Positions 13,001-20,089 of a stretch of 64,000 bases of DNA are shown here, piece after piece. Below the pieces are notes generated by a model. The model worked only from the letters and a program-made list of their open reading frames with translations, made no database searches and was not told the origin of the DNA. Where the stretch lies: NCBI GenBank assembly GCA_013416795.1, contig RQSC01000017.1, positions 80,650 to 144,649 of the forward strand, in the 5' to 3' direction. The first letter of the stretch is position 1. Each line of letters opens with the position of its first letter. Position numbers and translations under genes: made by a program. The DNA comes from Prasinococcaceae sp. CCMP 1430. Its lineage: Eukaryota > Plantae > Prasinodermophyta.

Positions 13001-13008
13001 GCGTGTGA
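4084..13008 (+). CDS. CFAP47: Cilia/flagella-associated protein 47-like (ASH/Ig-like repeats plus calponin-homology domain), apparently intronless, about 2970 aa
   Basis: Uninterrupted 8.9-kb ORF with repeated beta-sandwich motifs (LDFG.V..G...T...T..N) and a CH domain (SVAESIMLRWLTLH..ISNFDSDLRDG). Size and architecture match CFAP47. Start could be 4084, 4144 or 4228. Confidence 0.8.
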   Translation: MGRGTGPNATAGAPPPLGASMTMASTAASAPSVSIGERAAAAGARTAGMLSVFPAQLVFRAEEGVGVQRATLIVKNHDRRSHMVRIRKPTHKVFNMVAHGGTSLKLAPGLETAVEVSYLGGSEECYSEVCVLAEGGVRLAVPVVAEAPRTRLELQGSGAAGVVRLGRVASVSTLRVANAGSLPGTFTVNLPEHSLLRVEPMDGAVPAGGSVALAVTFTPPEAGVFEESLSVDFGDDDADAAQERAGDVGMSSGIQTMTVSAQVVTQGFELLRGSLVVGEKPTGGALQLTETDFGSVYFGEATESSATVLNNGPEPVVFSVALSDGEHAPDSDDAQMAAQAAALARVDPESFIPSSAPAKSANGVLTIFPQDGVIPPYGSTTLTLTFAPTKKAPTRGFASQGREGRSEEYSFTAFVSFGGEERKLRLPVRGSGHSAALRIAPEGLVRFGDVAVHDAVDRIVTVVNTNATLPARFSVGRSATFKASPQQGDLEPGASAEVTLSYSPRTLGTHREALSVRVLSATSGRTVGTSKISVTGACTAIGEKRTMVGGLGSVPADFEHSRTFVGEEGAASLQRPYARRNPWVGHETSAIFQSPAEMQLSAEEKRARDAHDQLYTTFIRRRQTARRERASGKRGNGGFDTDPVHMGMRSASGLRAPEPGMPKADDPMWQKEDAAAAADIAKATLSGAVVKPRNRPAYMDDEELHTKSKFKSRPGTLAEQRECQLMLAPQDIMRIATGPSAMNFGRVTCLSAPVQTFAVTNTLSKALMVEVCTQEIGELASSSPTAQVVPPGMTAGFDISLVCSTLGSLQRTVEYIINTKHRFAFEVSAEVVPVSVNLSADRLDFGFDADNYESFVTEQVKIANPNSHPVEFSVASSSAAYVPMPSGGMINAGKSVDLAVTWTPTSGPTAAASSEAELSLRIVGGSARRIACRGFNPEGRLAFRETSIDFQSVCVGGGATRTATVRNVGSTDAVFMLDSLPPWLSCTPQRSRISPDSTTDLQITFIGRAPQLYSGTLVLAVRGSKPIKLNVAGEAIVPQMKASPEAFDFGDVYLGGTARRTLTFSNSSTIPASLELDLVDYPSFYIESPKEMWANRGYEENPVRVLRPKPDTAGAASQSGGGAPMTLERSVSTASSIGGASVSSGGAPAGGKYRIAVNPESALDVHLVFRPSIVFPFDFRLPLRLRNVADEWTAELTSLTPQVRAHGLRPRLLLSTAVVDFGSRIVRSERVKKIPYTMDVEITNNDDKDLGFEFGQPVTAEGVRCSAYTLEPQSGHLARGASCVLRVAYMPHAKRDDLASVPIFLDGDTSRAYVSLELVGSGRYPKLLFDRREVTLHPVPLGFTARARFTIRNDGYDNLEIKYKLPADTARAPLEISFPNGRMIGIAKDAVEVEVSFSCRKPLGFTANVDFLDDDGGRFSLPVTGATDSCLLSLYPFLSVNAGRYDLREPADGKPVALVDTSGCVFDSAIIESACAAESSALARLLNASTMKGPFTKDLSRDMLASRGRLMIEVIEFLSAKSVYKVGKLSANKREQVDQLMEQHSKMLNFLKAHGALLTAVKPEFLLDLEDFRSWVDARTQRVADGIVDDGETLETLALLQQTEMRFGLVSKTSWTAVVLQTIKVFLLSRVTPRSFKSLPGTDWNAEGLPDTVLVGSNVYSVAESIMLRWLTLHFKNILPSVATTISNFDSDLRDGMALYAVMVSHWPSLESFYTQLRKPCRTDAHFQNNARVVCAMVCELALPFALQADDILKPRQHEMVLFILHLYHSLPQLIPRSALDFSGRLGEPVTKTIELTNPADKAISYSVKVDGHADFSIEQTAVRIEPRATVAFPVTCTPKISKPTEARLVFNSRRDGNVHAATLVFGLQSSVQSRCPVRTMRVSSKLYDFQSFELNVTNPFPHDGEFTVTLLQTTEPSPQQVAAAMGKRKTKAGRARAQEGALEATKQFPQPFGTTCSKVRIKNGESARLVVAYLPFTLGTHTATVLFEEASFGEFAYEVIGVSDLPTPIGAPLKLTCDVKGPYTKDIPVLPTNPALEAAKKLWVEKHPSAASKSELALVLAVGSYHSAGPVSYRATTNSPHVHAPAEMTVTPVSASRAPSSSTKGGPAAPAAAAGGRGARAGALAGTGAGGSTESASSNVLPLTLHPKMPGTYPTRVTLVSMYDVRVFDVEFAAQSSGTRAKLEFTAPARQRIVQEIPLINSGDEPLQVSATLHSSGGVFSGPRDLTVASGGHAVYPLAFRGPWIGEYTGELKLDIKGTSETNVYTLSALAEEPLAQGHIVVECAARQRASATVQVPCVTENKDVTYRVHSDLRDAVGPSTHVVRSAAGERGTAFTFEVIPQASGEEHGSLTFTGPNGMYVWYTVELRIAPPPPETEVHVEAGVRKAAEVVIGVTNPLDTPVVFDVMLEGDCLLGERELSLAPRESSTYGLVYSPLKVGKHTGSVRFVAPDVGEFWYKLHLEATADEPVIVPMLVAVVGRSTTHVLRVENPMGKPTALTASSSNARNFNVPALAGGSSLDLPPFGSLDVELVYTPSSVGKVETADVTLSAKGAGEWVFNCSGKGQPPGRMPVVKVHSSIGERASTVVPFKNPFAEPITVSAELRLTGGPLEAADSATAQDAVGGEALDDSNIFGMMLTKTSGVVVRAFETLQVPVSFTPSRMQTHEGEVLVTIEPLDTRAGVDGADRGPGGYAFARAGDAWTFPLEGVAEAPGGSVFHLRGRARQTCVEMIEVNLSGLPPTVQGEEFTHELVFPEDSGLTKHMLRIEALDERLSRDKPLRFKAIFSPQRVLSGTVDFVIGKASGGRWRFEMQLEASEPDLDGIISIEALVGHTETAYFKLASPMANPAKFTAAFTADSPLEFSVTPATGYLPAAGVHEGTGEPTSTAFAVSFTPKEYGAMAVGRLVVQTAEVEWVFEVRGARPQYVPPLRPAKVDTTLSLDLREHMRERHSLSTKRNFLKENANAARAARKRV

Positions 13009-13078
13009 CATAGTAATACTTGAATCGTGATACACGGGGAAGAGTCGGCTTTTCTGCGAGTCGACGCCACCCCCACCT

Positions 13079-14758
13079 CTACTTGCCGATGCAGAAGTTG
13101 GCGAAGACCTTGTCGAGGACCTCCTCTTTCACTTCCTCGCCTGAAACCTCCCCCAGCGCCATGATGGCCTCTCGCAGGTCCACCGTCCAGCAATCGAGCG
13201 GCAGGTCGGACTCAATTGACTGCATGAGGCTATCGACCGCCGCGGCGGCGCGCAGCAGGGCCTCACCCTGGCGTGCGTTCACCGCCCACGCGGCGCCACC
13301 CTGCACGCCTGCCGCGCTCGCGCTGTCGAGGAGCGCGGCCTCGAGCAAGTCCATGCCACGGCTGGTGAGCGCGCTCGTGCCAACCACGGCGTCGAACCTC
13401 TCTGGCACGCCCGCGGGCAGCGAGGCCACCACCTCATCACGCGCACGGAGGTCGATCTTGTTGATCACGAGCACTTTCGCCGCGCCCGCCCCCCCCCCGC
13501 CAATGCTGTCGGCGTCAGCGGCGTAGCCGCCGCCATCGCCCGGCTGCGCGCCTTCGCTCGTGTCGGCACGGTCACCACCGACACCCGCCTCGACGCTCTC
13601 CCACACTTCCGCATCTGCGGCCGTCCAGCCGCGCTCAGCGTCGATGACCATGAGCACAGCGTCGGCACAAGCGGCCGCGCTACGTGATCTCTCCACGCCG
13701 AGCGCCTCAACCACGTCGGCGGTGTCACCCCGTATGCCCGCCGTGTCAAGGACGCGCACGGGCACGCCCGATCGCTCCATGACGAGCGGCGCCTCGACGA
13801 CATCACGCGTGGTGCCAGGGAGTTCGGTGACGATGGAGCGGTCCGAACCCGTCCAAGCGTTCAGTAGCGAGCTCTTGCCGGTGTTTGGGCGGCCGACGAG
13901 CGCCACGGCGATGCCGCTCTCAAGCGCTCTCCCCCGCGCGCACGTCGCTGCAGCGGCGCGTGCGCGTGCTCCGGCAGCTCGCGCGGCAGCGCTCACCATA
14001 GGGACGTCGAGCGGCGGCAGCTCCTCCTCAAAGTCTATGCGCGCCTCGACCTCCACGAGCACATCGATGAGTGCCTCGCGCAGCGCGCGCACCTCGTCAG
14101 CGATACCTCCGCGCGCCGCTGCGAGTGCCGCGTCCGCCGCGCGCGACGTCTTCGACGCGATGAGGCGTTGGACCGCCTCCGCCTGCGTAAGATCCAATCG
14201 GCCGTTGAGGTAGGCGCGCAGCGAAAACTCGCCTGGCCGCGCGAGGCGGGCCCCCGCGGAGATCGTTGCCGCCAGCACGCGGTCCGGGCACACCGCGCCA
14301 CCGTGGCCCTGAAGCTCGACCACATCCTCGGCCGTGAACGAGCGCGGTGCCAGCATCGGCGCTAGCAGCACCTCATCCACCACCGTGCCCTCGGCATCAA
14401 CCACGTATCCGTACTCCATCACATGGGTCACGGGCGACCACGCGTCCATGTGCTGCTGCGCAGCGTCGGCACCGTGCTCCGCGGCGACGCGCAACGCCGC
14501 GGGGGTGCGGAAGCACCGCCGCGCGGCATCCACAGCGCCCGAGCCTGACATGCGCACGACCGCCACGCCGCCCTGTGTTGGTGAGGTGGCCGTCACCACC
14601 GCCGTAATGGTATCCTCGGTCGCCGTCGCAGGCAAGGTCGAACCTCCAACGTCGGGCTCGGAGGCGAACGTCGGGGCTTGCTGAGGCTGGGAGCTCCAGG
14701 CCTTCCGGGCGGCCTCGCGGAGCTCGTCCAGGTCTGGAGCCTGCGAGTCGAGCGCCAT
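13079..14758 (-). CDS. mnmE: tRNA modification GTPase MnmE/TrmE, organellar; N-terminus uncertain (single N at 14830)
   Basis: DTITAVVT..GGVAVVRMSG, GRPNTGKSS P-loop, PGTTRD, DTAG, NKID and C-terminal FCIGK. Confidence 0.95.
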   Translation of the reverse strand: MALDSQAPDLDELREAARKAWSSQPQQAPTFASEPDVGGSTLPATATEDTITAVVTATSPTQGGVAVVRMSGSGAVDAARRCFRTPAALRVAAEHGADAAQQHMDAWSPVTHVMEYGYVVDAEGTVVDEVLLAPMLAPRSFTAEDVVELQGHGGAVCPDRVLAATISAGARLARPGEFSLRAYLNGRLDLTQAEAVQRLIASKTSRAADAALAAARGGIADEVRALREALIDVLVEVEARIDFEEELPPLDVPMVSAAARAAGARARAAAATCARGRALESGIAVALVGRPNTGKSSLLNAWTGSDRSIVTELPGTTRDVVEAPLVMERSGVPVRVLDTAGIRGDTADVVEALGVERSRSAAACADAVLMVIDAERGWTAADAEVWESVEAGVGGDRADTSEGAQPGDGGGYAADADSIGGGGAGAAKVLVINKIDLRARDEVVASLPAGVPERFDAVVGTSALTSRGMDLLEAALLDSASAAGVQGGAAWAVNARQGEALLRAAAAVDSLMQSIESDLPLDCWTVDLREAIMALGEVSGEEVKEEVLDKVFANFCIGK

Positions 14759-15268
14759 GCCACGCACGCCGGCGCGGCGCGGCCGACGCGCGGCCGCGGA
14801 CGATGGCGCGCGAGGACGCGCCCGCGGCCNGGCGCTCCCTTGCTGCAATTGAACGAGAACGACGAGAGGGGAAGAGGGAACTGGACCTGGACCTGCCTGG
14901 CTTTCCGCGCGGGCGTATCGGATACGGATCCGCGCGGGCTTCGCTTCAGGTTCGGCTTCGGGGCGTGCCGCGCATTTTCGCGTGTGCGATCCGACCTCGG
15001 GCCCCGCGCCGGAATTGAATTTCACGCGCGCACGCACGCAACGCGCGCACGCCGTCGAGGAGGCGCGAGGCGGCGCGCGCGGCCGCGCCGCGCCGCCGGA
15101 GGACGCGTGCGAGCGGACGGACCGCTCGTGATACAAGACCCTACTTTACATGCTCGCTCGCTCGCCGGGGCCCCTCGCGCTCGCCCTCGTCGCCGTCCGA
15201 CGCGCGCTCTCGCGCGGGACGTCCGCTCTCGAGCAGTCCAGCCGCAAGCGGCGAGTGGCGCCGGCGGA

Positions 15269-16264
15269 TCACACGAGCAACTCGAGGAAGACCGTCGCGT
15301 TCCAGAGCGAGTGGAGCAACACGCAGCTCGCGAGGTTGCGCGTGCGCACGAAGATGGCGCCCAGGCCGATGCCAAGGAATGTCAGCGGCAGCAAGCGCGC
15401 TGCCGAGAAGTGCGCGCCGGCAAACAGCACCCCAGCCACCAGCACGGCCGCCGAGGTCGGCATGAAGCCCGTGAGACTCGCCAGAAGGAAGCCACGGAAG
15501 AGGCACTCCTCCCACACGGGCGCGCAGACTGACACCACGCCCACGTAGAGCGCGTTCGCAAACGTGTCGCGCGATGCGAGCGGTGCCTCGAGACCGGCAG
15601 CCTGCGCGCCGGCAGCTGCGCCCCACGCCGCGTCGTACGGAAGCAGGTCCTGATTGAGCCGGCTGAGGAAGCTCACGAACGGGAAGAGCGCCACGCACAC
15701 GAGTGCCTCGGACGCCCACGCGCCGCGCAAGCGCCATGGAAACCACCCGCTCGGCAGCGGCCGGAACTGGCGCAGCTTCAGCGCCAGGATGCCCAAGCCT
15801 GCGAGCATCTCTGCCACGTCGGTCGCCAGCGAGTACAGCGCCTGCCCGCGCATGCCGAGGTCGGCGCGATTCGCACCGCACAATCCTGCGAGCCACGGCA
15901 TCAGCTGCGAGCCGACGAGCCAGAAGGTGATCTGCCACAGCACCATGATCTGGAAGACGGTCTTGGCGTCCCAGGTGACCTTCCACGGCGCCGTGTTGCC
16001 CCCGCACGCCCACGAGATGGCGCGGTCGTAGCATCGCCACGCCGGCCGCAGCGGCCTGAGCGGCGCGGGCCAATCGCTCGCGCTCGCTGCGGCCGCCGCC
16101 GCGCTGGCCGCGTCGCCAGCCTCGCCACCCACATCAGCCGCAGCGGGTTGTGTTTTCGGCCTTGCCCTCTCAGACCCCGCCCCGCCATCGCCCGCGTCGC
16201 TCTGACCCCGCCCGCGCGCCCCACCCTCACCGCCCGCGCCGCGCGCCGCCGCCGCCCGGCGCAA
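15269..16264 (-). CDS. CPBP/Abi (CAAX protease-like) intramembrane metalloprotease; 5' end lost in gap
   Basis: APVWEECLFRGFL, LFAGAHF and LLHSLWN motifs (EExxxR, FxxxH, HxxxN). Confidence 0.9.
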   Translation of the reverse strand: MRRAAAARGAGGEGGARGRGQSDAGDGGAGSERARPKTQPAAADVGGEAGDAASAAAAAASASDWPAPLRPLRPAWRCYDRAISWACGGNTAPWKVTWDAKTVFQIMVLWQITFWLVGSQLMPWLAGLCGANRADLGMRGQALYSLATDVAEMLAGLGILALKLRQFRPLPSGWFPWRLRGAWASEALVCVALFPFVSFLSRLNQDLLPYDAAWGAAAGAQAAGLEAPLASRDTFANALYVGVVSVCAPVWEECLFRGFLLASLTGFMPTSAAVLVAGVLFAGAHFSAARLLPLTFLGIGLGAIFVRTRNLASCVLLHSLWNATVFLELLV

Positions 16265-16820
16265 NNNNNNNNNNNNNNNNNNNNNNNNNNNNNNNNNNNN
16301 NNNNNNNNNNNNNNNNNNNNNNNNNNNNNNNNNNNNNNNNNNNNNNNNNNNNNNNNNNNNNNNNNNNNNNNNNNNNNNNNNNNNNNNNNNNNNNNNNNNN
16401 NNNNNNNNNNNNNNNNNNNNNNNNNNNNNNNNNNNNNNNNNNNNNNNNNNNNNNNNNNNNNNNNNNNNNNNNNNNNNNNNNNNNNNNNNNNNNNNNNNNN
16501 NNNNNNNNNNNNNNNNNNNNNNNNNNNNNNNNNNNNNNNNNNNNNNNNNNNNNNNNNNNNNNNNNNNNNNNNNNNNNNNNNNNNNNNNNNNNNNNNNNNN
16601 NNNNNNNNNNNNNNNNNNNNNNNNNNNNNNNNNNNNNNNNNNNNNNNNNNNNNNNNNNNNNNNNNNNNNNNNNNNNNNNNNNNNNNNNNNNNNNNNNNNN
16701 NNNNNNNNNNNNNNNNNNNNNNNNNNNNNNNNNNNNNNNNNNNNNNNNNNNNNNNNNNNNNNNNNNNNNNNNNNNNNNNNNNNNNNNNNNNNNNNNNNNN
16801 NNNNNNNNNNNNNNNNNNNN
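16265..16820. other. Assembly gap (N run)
   Basis: Run of N. Confidence 1.
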
Positions 16821-16898
16821 GGCCTGGCGGCGTGCGGGCCGCGTGGCGCGTGGCTGTTGGGAGCGGGCGGCGCGCGAGGCGGCCGCGGCGCGGCGGCC

Positions 16899-17914
16899 AT
16901 GGGACCGAAAGGGCTTCATGACTTCGAGGGCATGCTCACGTTCTACTACAGCTACCACATGGACCAGCTCAACCAAGTCATCCACATGGTCTTCATCCCA
17001 GCCATCCTGTGGACCGCGCTCATCTGGCTGTGCTACACCCCGCCGGTGTGTGCGCGTCGCGCGCGCGGTACCCCGCGCCCGAGGGTGCAACTGGGCAGAC
17101 GGCACGACGCACGCTCGCAGCCCTCTCCCATCCTCCCGCTCGCGCTGCCGCACGCTCGCGCGCCTGCGTGCTCACCTTCGCGTAGGGAGACAAGACCATA
17201 GAGCTGACGCTGGCGCGAATCTCACCGCACTCTCCGTCCTACCTTTTCTCATATGCACGTGCATGCGCGCCCACGCGCGGGGCGCTCGTCGCTCGAGTGC
17301 CCAGCTTCTCGAGTCGCCGGCCGACCTGGAGATTAACGGCCACCCGCTCGTGAGCCTCAATGGCGCCTTCGTTGTCATCGTATCGTACTGCATGTACTAC
17401 ATCTACCTCGATAGGCCATTCGGACTGGCGTGGACGGTCATCGCCGCTCCGACGCTGTACTTGTTCGCGAATGCGTTCTTCGCAGCGGTGGGGCGTGAGC
17501 TCGCTTGGAAGTACGCCGTCGCCATCCACATTTCCAGCTGGGCCGCGCAGGTGAGGCGGCGCGTTCGCCGCGGCGACCAGAACGCGTCGAGCTCCGGAAC
17601 TGTTCCTGCTATGGCCCGCCGCGCGCCTGCCGCGACAACGCGCGCTGACACCCACGCGTGCGCGCGGGCGCCCGCAGGGCATTGGGCAGGGCCTCTTCGA
17701 GAAGCGCGCGCCGGAGCTCCTTCAGAGCATCGTCCAGTCGTTCCTGGTTGCCCCGCTCTTCGCCTTCATGGAGATTGCTTTCGCCGGCGGATACCGCCGC
17801 TCGCTACAGAAGCGCGTGCACGCGCGCGCGATGCGAGAGAGGGGCATCCTAAATGGCAGGCTCTCGCCGAAAAGCTCGCCACCTGCGTCGCCCGCTCGGA
17901 CTCGAAGAAGATAG
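16899..17914 (+). CDS. Mpo1/DUF962-like 2-hydroxy fatty acid dioxygenase family, 3 exons (16899-17045, 17305-17550, 17678-17914)
   Basis: YYSYHMDQLNQVIHMVFIP..WTALIWL, HISSWAAQ/GIGQGLFEKRAP..SFLVAPLFAFME. Two phase-0 GT-AG introns. Confidence 0.85.
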
Positions 17915-18176
17915 GAGCACGGGAGGAGGCTGCCTGGAGGTTTGGAGCGGAGTAGGGTGGGAGAGAGCAGAGCGAAAGCAGTATGCGCGCGCCTCGAAGC
18001 AGGCGAAGGCACGAGAGCCTTTTTTGTTACTTTGCTGATTTCGCACAACAGCGCAGCCCGCTCTGGGGCGCGCGTGCAGCGGGGTGCTCAGCCCGGGTGG
18101 TGGCGCGGTGCATGGCGGTGGCGGTCCAGATCTGTACGGCGTCGCACGCATGGCTACGCACTCGTCCTTGCTCTTG

Positions 18177-19196
18177 TTAGACCTTGGCCGGGCCACCCGT
18201 GAGTAGCGCATGGGCCTCAACAAAGTCTGCGTTCGCCTCGAGCAGCGCTTGGACCGCGCCGCGCCTGCCCACACCTGTTGCGCGGCACAGCGTGTCAACC
18301 CATTCGCACACCTGCGAACGGCGTGCGTCTGACATGGGCGGGAGCTCTGGCGCCGGTGGGCTCGTGTCCGCGGCAAGTCTCGCGGCCGCGACGAGGGCAG
18401 CCGTCGGCACCTCGCTGCCGCCGGCGCCCGATTTGGCCTTCTTCGCAGGCGGCGGGTTGACAGGAGGCGCCTTGGTATCGGGCGGCGCCTCATTTGCACG
18501 CCGGGCGGAGGATTTCGTCTTCGTGCCTCGCGCCACGATCGCGCGCGCCGTTGCGGCGGGGAGGGGCTCCTCGGTGGCGTCGGCGTCTGCGGGCTGCCAG
18601 CCGTTCCGCACCTCCTCCGCGATGAACTTGTTGCGCAGCATGTTGCACCATCGCTGCCGAAGGCTGTTCGCAGAGCGCGGCGCGCACACGCCCTCGCTCT
18701 CCGCGGCCTTCCAGATGTGCATGGAAGACGCCATGTTGCGACCGGAGACGAGGTCGTCCTTTGACATCTTGGAAACCAGCCACGAGATGATGGTCGTGTC
18801 CTCGATCTCGGTGTAGAACTCCTTGGTCACCTTCTTCCCTTTGTTGCCCGATGCAGGTTTGTCCTTCTTGTCAAGCTCGCGCGCGAGCTGTTTGATCTCC
18901 TTGCGCTCCTTGGCAGCGAGCGCGGCCGCTGCCTGCTCGTCGGAAAACGCCTTTGGCGGTCGCACGTCGCGCCGCTTGCGCGCCGAGGCCGGCGAGGACG
19001 ACGCAGCGGGACGGGGCTTCCCCGACTTCTTCGGCGAGGGGGCTGTGTTCTGTGTGGGAGGATGCGCGGCGTTCTGCTGGGCGTCGTTCGCGGGCGCACC
19101 GCTGCCCGCCTGAAGCTGCGGCTGCGCGGAGCCGCCGGCGCCTGTACCCGCATCGCCGCCGCTGAGGGCTTCGACCTCCATCTGCTCGGTCGGCAT
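18177..19196 (-). CDS. Single Myb-domain protein with C-terminal three-helix RCT/UBA-like domain, RAP1(TERF2IP)-like
   Basis: YTEIEDTTIISWL..HIWKAAE..RSANSLRQRWCNMLR (about 18818-18627) and C-terminal VCEWVDTLCRATGVGRRGAVQALLEANADFVEAHALL. Confidence 0.6.
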   Translation of the reverse strand: MPTEQMEVEALSGGDAGTGAGGSAQPQLQAGSGAPANDAQQNAAHPPTQNTAPSPKKSGKPRPAASSSPASARKRRDVRPPKAFSDEQAAAALAAKERKEIKQLARELDKKDKPASGNKGKKVTKEFYTEIEDTTIISWLVSKMSKDDLVSGRNMASSMHIWKAAESEGVCAPRSANSLRQRWCNMLRNKFIAEEVRNGWQPADADATEEPLPAATARAIVARGTKTKSSARRANEAPPDTKAPPVNPPPAKKAKSGAGGSEVPTAALVAAARLAADTSPPAPELPPMSDARRSQVCEWVDTLCRATGVGRRGAVQALLEANADFVEAHALLTGGPAKV

Positions 19197-19614
19197 CGCA
19201 GACTGCCTAGCCTCGGCGCGGCACGTTGTCCGAGTGGCAGCGACGAATCGCCACCAAGTCTCACGAGTGGTCAAGTACGTTACGGGAAACCCTGAGCCCC
19301 GAATGGCCCCGATTCATACAGGAAAACAGTGCTGAGCGATCTGATCAACAGACTACCCTAACCCTAACAAGCCCGATTGACCCTCGCCCCACCGGCGGTG
19401 GACCGGTGCTCTGCGGTCTGCAACGTGCAAACTCTGCACTGCCCACACGCTCCGTCTCTCACTCCAGGGCGTCAGCAGCTTAGCGCTCTCATGCTGGCGG
19501 CGGTGCACCTAGCTAGGCATCGAGCGAGGGGACGAGGGAGCGCCTGCGCATGCACCACACGCAATTGCGCGCGGCGTGCGACCGCGTGCGGAGCTTGTCT
19601 CTGTTGGGTGTGGT

Positions 19615-19631
19615 GGTGTTTTTGAAACACC
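19615..19631 (-). other. Candidate histone mRNA 3' stem-loop
   Basis: Sense strand AAAAACT-GGTGTT-TCAAA-AACACC-ACCAC, about 70 nt downstream of the H2A stop. Confidence 0.6.
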
Positions 19632-19699
19632 AGTTTTTGTAGTGTGAGGTTGGTGGCTTGCGCCGACGTGCGACGCTTGAGGTGCACCCGATCGAGCAC

Positions 19700-20089
19700 T
19701 TAGAACTCCTGCGAGGCCGAGCCCGAGGACTTGCCGCCCTTCTTCTTGGGCAGGAGCACGGAGTGGATGTTGGGCAGCACGCCGCCGGACGCGATGGTCA
19801 CCGTGCCGAGCAGCTTGGAGAGCTCCTCGTCGTTGCGGATGGCGAGCTGGATGTGGCGCGGCACAATGCGCGACTTCTTGTTGTCGCGGCTGGCGTTGCC
19901 CGCAAGCTCGAGCACCTCCGCAGCGAGGTACTCAAGCACGGCCGCCAGGTACACGGGCGCGCCCGCGCCGAGGCGCGAGGCGTACTTGCCGTTCTTGAGG
20001 TAGCGCGCAATGCGGCCCACCGGGAACTGGAGGCCCGCCTTGGCGGAGCGGGACACCGCCTTGGACTTGGTCTTGCCACGGCCGGCCAT
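19700..20089 (-). CDS. H2AX: Histone H2A.X, intronless, 129 aa
   Basis: Canonical H2A core ([15 protein letters not shown]..) and C-terminal SASQEF. Confidence 0.97.
   Translation of the reverse strand: MAGRGKTKSKAVSRSAKAGLQFPVGRIARYLKNGKYASRLGAGAPVYLAAVLEYLAAEVLELAGNASRDNKKSRIVPRHIQLAIRNDEELSKLLGTVTIASGGVLPNIHSVLLPKKKGGKSSGSASQEF

Noticed and set aside
17186-17304. Acceptor at 17185 for Mpo1 intron 1
   Set aside because: It gives a frame incompatible with the conserved downstream sequence; the acceptor at 17304 gives the family-like TPP/LLESP join.
16150-17955. ORFs containing long X runs (also about 46716-48379 and 59791-61584)
   Set aside because: They are open only because they cross N gaps.
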